This document shows positions 38,036 to 48,907 of a stretch of DNA of 64,000 nt, in pieces. This stretch comes from an uncultured bacterium (GTDB lineage: Bacteria; Planctomycetota; UBA1135; GCA-002686595): the NCBI GenBank assembly GCA_943787795.1, contig CALSNU010000001.1:1376001-1440000 (forward strand), in the 5' to 3' direction. The notes under the pieces are model-generated. The model worked only from the letters and a program-made list of their open reading frames with translations, made no database searches and was not told the origin of the DNA. The position numbers and the translations under genes were made by a program. How positions within the stretch are numbered: position 1 is the first letter of the stretch; the number at the start of each line of letters is the position of its first letter.

Positions 38036-39778
38036 ATGACAGATTCCGTCGGACAGACGATCAAGCTCCTCGTTGATGAGGGCCGCCCCAAGGGCTTCCT
38101 CACCTACGCCGAGATGTCCAAGCTCATGGAGGACCAGTTCCTCCCCCCCGACAAGATGGACCAGGTGTTCATCGGCCTCGAGGACGCAGGCATCGACGTC
38201 GTTGACGACAACGACACCGAGGTCAGCAGCGACGTCACGGTGAAGACGGCCACGGACGCCAAGGCGTCGGTGGCAGCCGTGGCTGCCAAGGCGCTCCAGG
38301 ACGCTGGCAAGGTCAGCGTCGCCGAGAAGATCGACGACCCGGTCCGTATGTACCTGACGCAGATGGGGGAGATCCCTCTGCTGACGCGACCCGAGGAGAT
38401 CCGCCTCGCCAAGCGCATCGAGGTGACGCGCAAGCGCTTCCGCAAGTACTGCATGGGCTCGGGCGTGTGCATGGACGTGTCGCTCGCGACCCTCCACGAG
38501 GTCCAGGCCGGCAACCTCGCCTTCGACCGGACGCTCAAGGTCAATCCCAACCCCAAGCCCGACGACGACCCCAAGATCGTCGAGACGCTCGGCAAGCCGC
38601 GCCTCGCGAAGCGCCTGCCCCTGAACGTGGCCACGATCGAGCGCCTGATGGCGCAGAGCCGCGAGGAGTACAAGGTGCTGATGCTCGGCAAGCTCTCCGA
38701 GGAGGAGCGCTCGGCCGCCCTGAAGCAGTTCCAGCGCACCCGCCGCAAGCTCATCATCCTCATCGAGGAGTGCCACCTCCAGATCAAGAAGGTGCGCCCC
38801 TACATCGAGGTGCTCGAGGAGCACGAGCGCGACCTTCGATCCGTCGAGCGCAAGCTCGAGCAGTTCGAGAAGGCCGGCAAAGAGGACGCGGAGGGCGCCC
38901 GCGAGCTTCGCGAACGCCTCCACGACATCGAGCTCACGGCCCTCGAGCCGATGTCGGGCCTCAAGCGGCGAGCCAACCTGGCCCGCTTCCACTACGCGGA
39001 GTACGAGGAGGCCAAGCGCCTGCTCTCCAGCGGCAACCTGCGCCTCGTGGTCTCCATCGCGAAGAAGTACCGCAACCGCGGGCTCTCCTTCCTCGACCTC
39101 ATTCAGGAGGGCAACACCGGCCTCATGAAGGCCGTCGAGAAGTACGAGTACCGACGGGGCTACAAGTTCTCGACCTACGCCACGTGGTGGATCCGTCAGG
39201 CCATCACCCGCTCGATCGCCGACCAGGCGCGGACCATCCGCATCCCGGTCCACATGATCGAGACGATGAGCAAGCTGCGCAACGTCACCAAGAAGCTCGT
39301 CCAGGCCAAGGGCCGGGAGCCGAGCGTCGAGGAGGTCGCCGAGGCCACGGGGATCACCGTGGACGAGGCGAAGCGGGTGATGAAGATCAGCAAGCATCCC
39401 ATCAGCCTCGACCGGCCCATCGGCGAGTCCGACGACAGCTACTTCGGTGACTTTATCGAGGATGAGTCGGCCGAGAGCCCGCTCCAGGCCGCCGGCCAGG
39501 AGATGCTCAAGGAGCGGATCGATGACGTGCTCTCGACCCTCACCTTCCGGGAGCGCGAGATCATCAAACTCCGCTACGGCATCGGCGACGGCTACACCTA
39601 CACCCTCGAGGAGGTGGGCCGGATCTTCCGGGTCACCCGCGAGCGCGTGCGGCAGATCGAGGCCAAGGCGGTCCGCAAGCTCCGCCACCCCGTACGGGCC
39701 CGGCAACTCGCGAGCTTCCTCGACGGCATCCAGATCCCGGACGACGCGGAGTACGAGCTGGGCGGCAAGCCCGAGTGA
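38036..39778 (+). CDS. rpoD: Primary sigma factor sigma70
   Basis: Region 1.1, [45 protein letters not shown]. Confidence 0.97.
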   Translation: MTDSVGQTIKLLVDEGRPKGFLTYAEMSKLMEDQFLPPDKMDQVFIGLEDAGIDVVDDNDTEVSSDVTVKTATDAKASVAAVAAKALQDAGKVSVAEKIDDPVRMYLTQMGEIPLLTRPEEIRLAKRIEVTRKRFRKYCMGSGVCMDVSLATLHEVQAGNLAFDRTLKVNPNPKPDDDPKIVETLGKPRLAKRLPLNVATIERLMAQSREEYKVLMLGKLSEEERSAALKQFQRTRRKLIILIEECHLQIKKVRPYIEVLEEHERDLRSVERKLEQFEKAGKEDAEGARELRERLHDIELTALEPMSGLKRRANLARFHYAEYEEAKRLLSSGNLRLVVSIAKKYRNRGLSFLDLIQEGNTGLMKAVEKYEYRRGYKFSTYATWWIRQAITRSIADQARTIRIPVHMIETMSKLRNVTKKLVQAKGREPSVEEVAEATGITVDEAKRVMKISKHPISLDRPIGESDDSYFGDFIEDESAESPLQAAGQEMLKERIDDVLSTLTFREREIIKLRYGIGDGYTYTLEEVGRIFRVTRERVRQIEAKAVRKLRHPVRARQLASFLDGIQIPDDAEYELGGKPE

Positions 39779-40031
39779 CCGCGGCGGGGGAGCGCTTCGG
39801 CGTCACCGCTTGGACGGCTCCACAGAGCGGCCCGCCGCGCCCCCTTGGGCGCGGCGGGCCGCTCGCGTGTGGCTCGGCGGCCTGGTCGTGGAGCGCCCCC
39901 CGTCGCTGCACCGCCCCGGGTTGAGCAGCGGATCCCTCGCGCGTAGGGAGGTTTCGGGCCCACTTCGGCGGGCCCCCGGCGCTATCCTCTCTGGCTCAGG
40001 CCTCTCCGCTGACCTCCCTCACCCCGTACTG

Positions 40032-40739
40032 ATGAACCCCGTCCTCCGTTCGCTGCTCAATCTTCAGGAAGTCGACCGCGACATCTTCAAGGTGGAATCG
40101 GAGCTCGAGCGGCTCCCCAAGGAGCTCGCCCAGCGGGTCGAAGCCATCGACCTCCGCAAGGCCCAGATGGAAGAGAAGCGCGGCGAGGTCATGGAGCTGC
40201 GCGCGGCGATCAAGGAGATCGAGCACGCCACGGTGGGGATGCGCCAGCGGCTGAAGAAGCTGGAGCACGAGTCCTCCACGGGCACCGCGGACGCGGCGCT
40301 CATCGCCAGCTACCAGCACGAGATGCGCAACATCAAGCGCAACACGAGCCAGGCCGAGGACGACGGCCTCAAGCGGGTCTCGCGGGCGGACCAGATCGAG
40401 GAGGAGATCGTCGAGATGGAGAAGCAGCTCCTCGACGAGCAGGAGGCCTTCGCGGAGTTTGAGAAGAACGTCGAGGTGGAGACGGTGGCGGCCCAGGGCA
40501 AGCTCGCCGAGCTCCAGGCCGACCGCGGCACGCGCTCGGCCGAGGGCATTCCGCCGGCGAGCCTCGAGACCTACCGGGGGCTCCTCAAGACCCGCGACGG
40601 CGAGGCGCTGGCCGAGCTTGGTGACGGGCTCTGCGAGGGTTGCTTCGTCAACCTGCCGAAGAACATCGTGGTGCGTCTGGCGCGCGGGACCGAGCTGGTC
40701 CAGTGCCCCTCCTGCGACCGCATCCTCTACAACTACTGA
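40032..40739 (+). CDS. Coiled-coil protein with C4-type zinc ribbon (DUF164 / CT398-like)
   Basis: LQEVD start, long coiled coil, CEGC...CPSCDRILY; usual position after rpoD. Confidence 0.88.
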   Translation: MNPVLRSLLNLQEVDRDIFKVESELERLPKELAQRVEAIDLRKAQMEEKRGEVMELRAAIKEIEHATVGMRQRLKKLEHESSTGTADAALIASYQHEMRNIKRNTSQAEDDGLKRVSRADQIEEEIVEMEKQLLDEQEAFAEFEKNVEVETVAAQGKLAELQADRGTRSAEGIPPASLETYRGLLKTRDGEALAELGDGLCEGCFVNLPKNIVVRLARGTELVQCPSCDRILYNY

Positions 40740-40780
40740 TCCGGCGCGAACGGGGCGGCTTCGCCTCGATGGCCGCTGGT

Positions 40781-40876
40781 CTCCACTGCGGCGCGACTCC
40801 ACTGCGGCGCGACTTCACTGCGGCGCGACTTCACTGCGGCGCGACTTCACTGCAGCCGGACTCCACTTCGGCCGGT
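40781..40876. repeat. 16-bp tandem repeat x6 (CT(C/T)CACTGCGGCGCGA) between convergent genes
   Basis: Four near-perfect copies plus two degenerate copies. Confidence 0.9.
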
Positions 40877-40988
40877 CCTGACGGCAGCCTGCATGGCGCT
40901 GGCGCGCTCGCAGGCCGGGCGGCCTCAGAAGGCGAGGCGGGCGGAGCGGCTGACGAGGCGCCACCCCGGCGCGGACCCCACCGCGTCC

Positions 40989-41957
40989 CTAGCGGGCCGG
41001 CGAGGCGCAGGGCTCGCGACTGGCGGCGCACTTGGATCCTTGCCGGGCGCCCCGGCGTACGAGCTCGGCGGCGAGGCGCTCGCGGATCTCGTTCTTGTAG
41101 ACGTCCCAGCGCGGGGCGATTCGCTTCTCCAGCGGCGCGTCGCCCGTCACGCGGTGCAGCACTTGGTCGGGGTGCAGGCGCTCGACGAAGTCGGTGAGCC
41201 ACTGGACGTACTCCTCGGCTTCGAGGACCGAGAGCTCACCCTTGCGGTACTGGTGAGCCATCTGGGTGCGCTCGAGGACCATGAGGTTGTGGACCTTGAC
41301 CCCGGCGACCCTGGAGCTCGCGAGGGCGTCGGCGGTGGCCCTCGCGCCCTCCCGTCCGTCCCCAGGCAGCCCGAGGATGGCGTGTCCGACCACCAAGAGG
41401 TCCGCGTCGTGGGCGCGCGCCGCGGCGTCGTCGAACTCCTCGAGGGTGTGGAGGCGGTTGATGTCGAGGAGCACCTGGTCGTTGGCTGACTCCAGGCCAA
41501 GCTCGAGCCAGACATCCGTGACTTCCCGCAGGCGCGCGAGGGCCGCGAGGGTGTCGTCGGGAATGCAGTCCGGGCGAGTGGCCACGGAGACCCCAACGAC
41601 GGGGCTCCCGGGCGCCTCGACGGCCGGCCGGAGGGCGTCGAGCACCTCCTCGAAGCGGGCACCGTCGACGTAGGTGTTGGAGTAGCTCTGGAGGTAGGCG
41701 ATGGCGCCCACGCCGTCCCCCCGGCGGGCGATCCGCGTCAGGCCCTCCTCGAGCTGGGCTGCGAGGCTGGCGCCGCCCTTGAGGGCGCCGGTGCCCGATC
41801 CCTCGACGTCGCAATAGGTGCAGCCCCCGAACCCCTTGGTCCCGTCGCGGTTCGGGCACGTCGATCCGGCGTCCAGGGCGACCCGATACACGGGGCGGCC
41901 GTAGCGCTCCTTCAGCCACGGGGCGAAGGTGCGGAAGGGAATCGGGGGAGAGGTCAT
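40989..41957 (-). CDS. TIGR01212 family radical SAM protein (YhcC/YtqA-like)
   Basis: DAGSTCPNRDGTKGFGGCTYC, YLQSYSNTY, ATRPDC, ELGLES, VKVHNL. Confidence 0.92.
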   Translation of the reverse strand: MTSPPIPFRTFAPWLKERYGRPVYRVALDAGSTCPNRDGTKGFGGCTYCDVEGSGTGALKGGASLAAQLEEGLTRIARRGDGVGAIAYLQSYSNTYVDGARFEEVLDALRPAVEAPGSPVVGVSVATRPDCIPDDTLAALARLREVTDVWLELGLESANDQVLLDINRLHTLEEFDDAAARAHDADLLVVGHAILGLPGDGREGARATADALASSRVAGVKVHNLMVLERTQMAHQYRKGELSVLEAEEYVQWLTDFVERLHPDQVLHRVTGDAPLEKRIAPRWDVYKNEIRERLAAELVRRGARQGSKCAASREPCASPAR

Positions 41958-42021
41958 CGCTCAGATGCTACGCGGGCGGCCCGCGAGCGATAACATCCGC
42001 CCCAGCAACCTCGTACTCGCC

Positions 42022-43938
42022 TTGGATATTCAGCCCATCGTTGTCGGAACCGCTGGTCACATCGACCACGGCAAGTCCACCCTCGTCAACGCCCTCACCG
42101 GGACCGACCCTGACCGGTGGGCCGAGGAGAAGGAGCGCGGGATGACCATCGACCTGGGCTTCGCCCGGTTCGAGCTCCCCGACGGGCGGCGTGTCGGGAT
42201 CGTGGACGTGCCCGGCCACGAGCGCTTCATCCGGAACATGGTGGCCGGCGCCACAGGGATCGACCTGGTGATCCTCGTCGTGGCTGCGGACGACGGGGTC
42301 ATGCCCCAGACGCGCGAGCACCTTGCGATCATGCAGCTCCTTGGCGTGGAGCGCGGCTTCGTGGCGCTCACGAAGGTGGACATGGTGGACCCGGAGATGG
42401 TCGAGCTCGCCGAGGAGGACGTGACCGACGCGGTCACCGGGACCTTCCTCGAGGGCGCGCAGATCCTGCGGGTCTCGGCCATCACGGGCGAGGGGATGGA
42501 TGAGCTGCGGGCGCTGGTCGCCGAGCTCGCGGCGACCGCAGAGCCGCGCTCTTCCGGCGGCGTGTTCCGCATGCCGGTCCAGCGCGTGTTCACCGCGCGG
42601 GGGTTCGGGACGATCCTCACGGGCATCCCGGTGTCGGGCTCGGTCCAGGTGGGGGACGTCGTTGAGATCTTGCCGGGGGGCCAAAAGGGCAAGCTGCGCG
42701 GGATCCAGGCCTACCACGAGAGCGCGAAGGTCGCTCGGGCGGGGCACTCGACCGCCCTCAACGTCGCGGACGTGGACCACCATCAGATCGAGCGCGGCCA
42801 CGTGGTGGCGGCCCCGGGCTTCTTCAAGCCGCAGTCGATGGTCGGCGCCAACCTGACGGCCCTCAAGTCCTCGGGGATCGCGGTGACCAACCGCATGCAG
42901 GTGCGGGTGCACACCGGGACGACCGATGCCGTGGGGGAGGTGGTCCTGCTCGACGCAGACGAGATCGCCCCGGGGGAGACCGGGCTGGTGCAGTTCCGGA
43001 TGGAGCATCCGCTGGTGTGCGCGCCGGGCGACCGGTTCGTCCTGCGCCTCGCGTCGCCGGTGCTCACGCTCGGCGGCGGGTCGATCCTGGAGGAGAGCCG
43101 CTACCGCCTGAAGCGCTTCAAGCGCTTCGTGATCGAGGAGCTCGAGCGTCAGGCGTCGAGCCTCGGCTCCACCGAGGCGCTTCTCGAGGCGCACCTCGCC
43201 CGCGCGTCCGCGCGCTGGGCCCCGACGGAGGAGCTCTCCCAGGCGCTCAAGCGCTCACGGGGGGAGACAGAGGAGCTCCTCCGTGAGCTGGAGACCGAGG
43301 GCAAGGCCTGCCCACTCGCCTCAGGCCAACGCTGGATCCACTCGGACACCCTGGAGCTGTGCCTCGCGAACCTGCGGGACGGGCTCACGGGTTGGTTCGA
43401 GAAGAACCCCATGCGGAGCCGCATGGACGTCCGGGACCTGCGGAGCGCGCTCTCCATGGACAAGGGGCTGGTCTCGGAGCTCCTCCAGCGGGAGGAGGCC
43501 GAGGGGCGTGTCGTCCTCGAGGCGGGCGGCATGATCGCGCTCGCCGGGCGGGAGGTGAGCCTCGATCCGGCCCAGGCGAAGCTGCGCGGGCAGATCCTTG
43601 AGCGGATGGTCTCGGGACGGCTACAGCCGCCGTCGCCCGCGGAGCTCGCGGACCTGCTCAGCTGCGGCCGAGCCGACGTCGACACGGTCCTTCAGCTGTG
43701 CGTCGACGAGGGGTCCATCGAGCGCGTGGGCGGTGAGCTGTTCATGGCGGCGGAGATCGTGGCCGAGGCGCGCGAGGCGGTGACGTCGAACTGTGAGCGC
43801 AACGGCCACCTCGAGATCCCTGAGCTGCGGGACGCGCTCCAATCCACGCGCAAGTTCCTCATCCCCCTGCTCGAGCACTTCGATACGGAGGGGCTCACCC
43901 TCCGCCAAGCGGGGCGCCGGGTCCTGAAGCGCCACTGA
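42022..43938 (+). CDS. selB: Selenocysteine-specific elongation factor
   Basis: [33 protein letters not shown]-terminal winged helices ending [13 protein letters not shown]. Confidence 0.95.
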   Translation: MDIQPIVVGTAGHIDHGKSTLVNALTGTDPDRWAEEKERGMTIDLGFARFELPDGRRVGIVDVPGHERFIRNMVAGATGIDLVILVVAADDGVMPQTREHLAIMQLLGVERGFVALTKVDMVDPEMVELAEEDVTDAVTGTFLEGAQILRVSAITGEGMDELRALVAELAATAEPRSSGGVFRMPVQRVFTARGFGTILTGIPVSGSVQVGDVVEILPGGQKGKLRGIQAYHESAKVARAGHSTALNVADVDHHQIERGHVVAAPGFFKPQSMVGANLTALKSSGIAVTNRMQVRVHTGTTDAVGEVVLLDADEIAPGETGLVQFRMEHPLVCAPGDRFVLRLASPVLTLGGGSILEESRYRLKRFKRFVIEELERQASSLGSTEALLEAHLARASARWAPTEELSQALKRSRGETEELLRELETEGKACPLASGQRWIHSDTLELCLANLRDGLTGWFEKNPMRSRMDVRDLRSALSMDKGLVSELLQREEAEGRVVLEAGGMIALAGREVSLDPAQAKLRGQILERMVSGRLQPPSPAELADLLSCGRADVDTVLQLCVDEGSIERVGGELFMAAEIVAEAREAVTSNCERNGHLEIPELRDALQSTRKFLIPLLEHFDTEGLTLRQAGRRVLKRH

Positions 43939-44461
43939 TCCCAGGGCCCGGCTGGCCCACGGGCTCGGCCCCGGCAGCAGGCGAGTGGTCGGCGTCCATC
44001 GCGCCTGAATAGCGTGCGAGGTGCGCTTCAGGGGACCGCCGGTAGGACCGCCTGAGGGACAGGTGGGGGCGGTGGAGGGAGCCGACCTGCAGGGTGAGCG
44101 CATGAGCGGTGGAGCACGCTCCTCACGTTGGCCCCGCCTGCAGGGGAGCGCCGCTCGCTCGACTGCGCGCCCGTCGGGCTTGGGGCCTCTTCCGTTGCCG
44201 GGATCCGCGTCGAGAGCGCCCGCCCGCAGGGCGACGGGCAGGCGCGCGGAAGATTTTTCGGGGTCGTGCTCACCCTCGAGGCGTGGCCGGTCACCGCCCG
44301 CCAAGCTCATGGGTCCCGGAGCGGGACAGCCGGGGCCGTCGAATCACTCTCTTATCCAAAGGGTGTACGGCGCTGGCGTCGATACGCCCCTTGGTTGCAC
44401 CCCCGACAGGTACCAGGTCGAGGGCAGCGATCTTTCCCCACCTCGCTAGCCAGACGTATCT

Positions 44462-47400
44462 GTGATGTCGGAAGACTCGAACCTGCCTACACCGCCGCCC
44501 TCTCCGGGCGACCGCCCCGCCCAGCCTGACGCCGGGGCTCCTGAGGGGGGCCTGGAGGGAGACTCCTGGCTCCTCGACGTCGGCCCTGAACCGGGCACCG
44601 AGTTCGGTGAGCATGAGGCCGTGCCGGCGCTCCCCATGGACTGGGACGAGAAGGCGCAGCCCGCGGGTTGGACGCACGAGCCCGCGGCCTCCGAGGTGCC
44701 GCCCTCGGTCGCCCAAGGCGTCGAGGTGTTCGAGGACCACGCGCAGCCGCTGAGCGACTACGAGGAATTCGGCGACGCCGGCGAGGCGTCCTTCATCGAG
44801 CCCATGCCGAGGTCGAGGCCGGTGATCGAGGCCATCCTTCCGGGCTCGCTGGCCATGCTGCTCTCGTTCTCGGGGATCGCGGTGTGGAGCTTCCTGCGGA
44901 CCCCCAGAGCCTTCATCGAGAACGTGGAGTTGGCCCGGAGCCAGCACGACATCAACTTCGTGGGGAACGAAGATGACGTCCAGCTCGCCACGCCGCTTCC
45001 CATGGACTCGGTCTCGTCGACTGGCGAGCGCGTCGTCGGGTGGATGGAGGTCGGTCAGAGCCCGAGCGAGTTGAGTGAACCGGACGAGCTGGGTTATGAC
45101 ATGCACCCCGCGGACGAGGAGGCGACTCTCGCCTCGGTACCCACCGGAGGCGAGGCGTCCGTGATCGCCACCTTCGAGCCCAACGGTTCTGCTTCCGTGG
45201 AGACAGTGCCCACGGCAACAGTGCTCACGGCGACAGTGCCCACGGCAACGGGGGCCGAGCCCACGACAGGTGAGGGCGAGGTCGTGGATGCGCCCGCTCC
45301 CGAACTCTTGGTGGCCGGATCCATGGACTCCGACTCCATGGACTCCGAGTCCACAGATGACGGGTCCGCAGTCACCGAGGCTCCCGTCCAGCAGCCTGTG
45401 GTCGTGGCATCCGCCGAGCCCACATCGCAGCCCATGACGGCGGCTCCCGACAAGGAGACTCCTGGCCAGGGGGCTCCCGACATGGCGGCTCCCGGTGCTG
45501 TGGCTCCAGGCGCCGCGGCGCCAGCTCAGGCCACCGTGGATCCGATCGCTTCCGAGCTCGTCGCCTCCGATCCTTCCGCGGCCGAGCCCGCCGCGGTCAA
45601 GCCTTCCGCTACCGAGTCCGTTGCTTCGGAGCCCGCTGCTTCGGAGCCTGCCGTCCTGGAGCCTGTCGCTGCCGATCCGGTCGCCACGGGCCCGGTGACT
45701 CCCGAATCCGCCGTCGGGGAGGCAGACCGCGTCGCGAGCGACGCGGCGCCGGCTGCCGAGACGGCCGCCGATCCCGCGCAGGCCGGGGATGAGGGGGCCG
45801 TTCGTGCCCTGGAGGAGATCTTCGGTGACATCGAGGGATGGAGCGTCGTCTCGGTCGAGTTCGTGGGCGAACCGGAGACGGCCTTGGGTGAAGGCGAGGC
45901 CTTCGGCGACGAGGCTTTCGGCGACGAGGCCAGCGGCGACGGACTCGCCGGGTCCACCGCGGGAATGGGTGAGGATGAGCCTGGGCCTTCGCAGCTGGAG
46001 CCCTCGCAGCCGAACAACACGCAGCCGCAACCGCAGCCGACCCTCGCAGCCGAACCCCTCGCAGCCGGGGGCGATCCTGCCCAACTGGCTGATGGCGCTC
46101 GCTGCCCCGTCCAGTCCCGTCTCGGTGGACGAGAGTGCTGACTCACCGACGGTGGCAACGCTCAGCCTCCCGGAGCCCGAGGTGCAGACGATCGTCGAGA
46201 GGCCGGCCTTCGACGACGCCCCCGGCACGGTCGAGCCGTTCGACTGGACGGCGCGCACCTGGTCCTCGGAGAGCGGGATGAACGAGGTCGCGATGTCCGA
46301 GCCTGAGCCCGAGGCCGCCTATGAGCCCCGGGTGGTGGAGATCGAGGTCATGGAGCCCGTCGCCGTCATGGAGCCCGTCGCCGTCATGGAGCCCGTCGCC
46401 GTCATGGAGCCTGTCGTCATGGACCCTGAGGTCGATGACCTCGCGTCCATGGACGAGCCCACCGAGGTCGACCCGATGGTTGCGGCCGAGGCCGTCGACG
46501 TGGCCGCCCTCGGGTGGCCGTCGGAGTGGCCGAGCCCCTGGGAGGTCGACCCCGCCTCCGAGGCGGCCGAGCCCAGCGATGCCATCGATGCCGAAGCGGG
46601 GCTGGAGCTCGTTGACGTCGAGGACCTCGCGGACGCCAAGGAGCCTTCCGCTGCACCGGACGCGGCCGTTCAGGTCGTCGTGGCCGAGACCGCGCGCTCC
46701 GAGGGGCTGCGCGAGCCCGAAGGCCCGTTCGAGCCCGAAGGTCCGACAGGATTTGTGGCGCCCGCCGAGAGCGAGGTGGCCTCGGTTGAGATGCGGGTTG
46801 AGGGTCCCGTCGAGGGTCCAGTCGAGATGCCGGTGAACGAGCCGGTCGTAGGGGCCTCCGAGGACCTCCCGATCGTCGCCGCCGCCGAGCCCGAATCCAA
46901 TGACCTGGAGAGTGCCGAAGAGCCGCTCGACGTCGTCGAGTCTCTCGACCTCGAGGGGCCGCTGGTCGCCAGCGATCCCGCCCCGACGGCAGCCGAGGGC
47001 GCCCTCCCGAGCACGATGGCCGCGATGGAGCCCGCCGTGGAGCCCAGCATGGAGGCCAGCATGGAGCCCAGCATGGAGCCCGCCGCGGAGCCCGCAATCG
47101 GGGCCTCCGAGACCGAGGTCGCCATGGCCGACAGCACTCCGGCCGACCCGCTGGGTCCCGTGAGCGCCGCGCCCGAGGGGGATATGGCGGGCATGGCAGC
47201 CATCGGTTGGCCTTCGGACTGGCCCCTGGCATGGGGTGAAGGTCCCGGCCTGGTGGCTGGCGAAGAAGCCTCGCCGATCGACGCCGAAGGGGCAGAGGAT
47301 CTGATCGAAGCCGACCTGGCCACAGCGCCTGCCGACGAGTTGGAGTCCCTGGTGGCTGCCAACGTCGACGACGCTGCTGACGACGACGCTGCTGACGACG

Positions 47401-48683
47401 ACGTTGCTGACGACAGTGCTGACGACATTGCTGACGACATTGCTGACGGCGATGACCCCGCCAGCGATGGCGCTGGCGACGGTGACGCCGCGGCCGGGAT
47501 TGACCAGGCCGAGAGGATGGACTTCCTCGCCTGTGTGGTGCTGCTGCGCCAGGGACTCGGGATTGACCTCGAGCATGGGACCATGACCGACGCGCCGTCC
47601 ACGGCGATGACGGAGGAAGCGTTCACTGGGACCGCCGACGCGGCCCCCCTCGAGGAGGACGTGTTCGCCGGAGCCCCCTTGGTTGGAGACGAGGTCACCG
47701 GGCAACCCATCGATGAGGAGGCGGTCGTCGCAGCCATCGACGAGGAATCCTCTCTTGAAGCCGGCGTCGACGGCAGCGGTGACCTGCCCGAGGTGTCGGT
47801 CGAGTTTGAGCCTGAAGCCATGGAGCAGATGGACGAGTCCGCTGTCGAGGGCATGGTCGCCGATCAAGGCGATGTCGCGGAGCCCGCAGCGGCGGAGCCC
47901 CAGGAAGCGGAGCGCGAAGTCGTGGCCGCCATGGTGGGGCCGGCTCTCCCCGAGTTCGCCCCCGTCCTGCTCCCGCCCTCACCGGACCTGGTGGCGGACC
48001 TGTTCGCTGAATCCTCTGCTGATCCGTCAGGCGCTGAAGCCGATCCGGCCTCGCCCGTGGTGGCCGCTTCGATCCCCGCTGGCGCGGACCCGGAGAGCGT
48101 CGCGACCGAGTTCGAGAGCGCCGGGGTGAGCCGCGAGGTGGCCCAGGCCGAGATCGAGGTCGAGGTGGTGGGGAGCGTCGCCGAGGAGGCTCCGACCCGA
48201 CGTCGGCGCCGTGTGCTGGAGCGCGTCGAGGACGATCGCTACTGGCGCTTCAAGAGCGTCCCGAGTCGCAAGTTCGATTCGGACCACATGATCTTCACCC
48301 CCAACGTTGGCCGCGTGCGCGTGGTGCTCAACGGGGGAGAGGCCTTCGATGGCCGGCTTCACTCGGTCGGCCAGGGCAAGATCATGCTCGACACGAAGAT
48401 GGGACGCATGGCGGTGGACTCCCGCCGCGCCGAACGGGTGGACCGTCTGACCGACGACCGGAGCGAGCTGCGGGACCCCTCAAGCTCGACGTCGACCGTC
48501 GGCCTGAAGCGGGTCAAGGTGAGGACGAGCGGCGGGACGTTCTACGGGCACCTCGTGTCCAGGCGCGGAGACCGGGTCACCCTGTTGATGGACGAGGGCT
48601 TCCGGATCACGCTGGAGAGCAATGACGTGACCGAGGCGGCTGACAGCCGCGGCGGACGGCTCCGTCGCGTCGGGCCGCGCTGA
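44462..48683 (+). CDS. Giant (~1400 aa) acidic low-complexity single-TM protein with small C-terminal beta domains; frameshift near 46040
   Basis: ORFs 44462-46141 and 45789-48683 join within a (P)SQPN repeat; TM LPGSLAMLLSFSGIAVWSFL; internal tandem repeats VMEPVA, MEPS, ADD. Confidence 0.7.
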
Positions 48684-48907
48684 GGACGCTCCCTTGAGAC
48701 CCGCGGTTCACGCCGCGGTCCGGGCCTGCTGGAGAGGCCGCTGCGTTCCTGACGCGGCGGCCTCTCCGCGTTCCTGTGGGGGGGGGAGCCCCTGGGATTC
48801 GGCGCGGGGTGGAGGTTGGCGCGGCGAGAGGGCGTAGCCAGGGGGGCGATGGCGGCTAAGCTCTATCCCGGCGCCTGCGCGCCTCCACCCCGCGTCTCCC
48901 ACACGCC

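Noticed and set aside
43939..44461. tRNA-Sec (selC) or a selenoprotein gene next to selB
   Set aside because: No UCA anticodon arm or T-arm is recognisable on either strand, and no in-frame UGA at an expected Cys position was seen in nearby genes.
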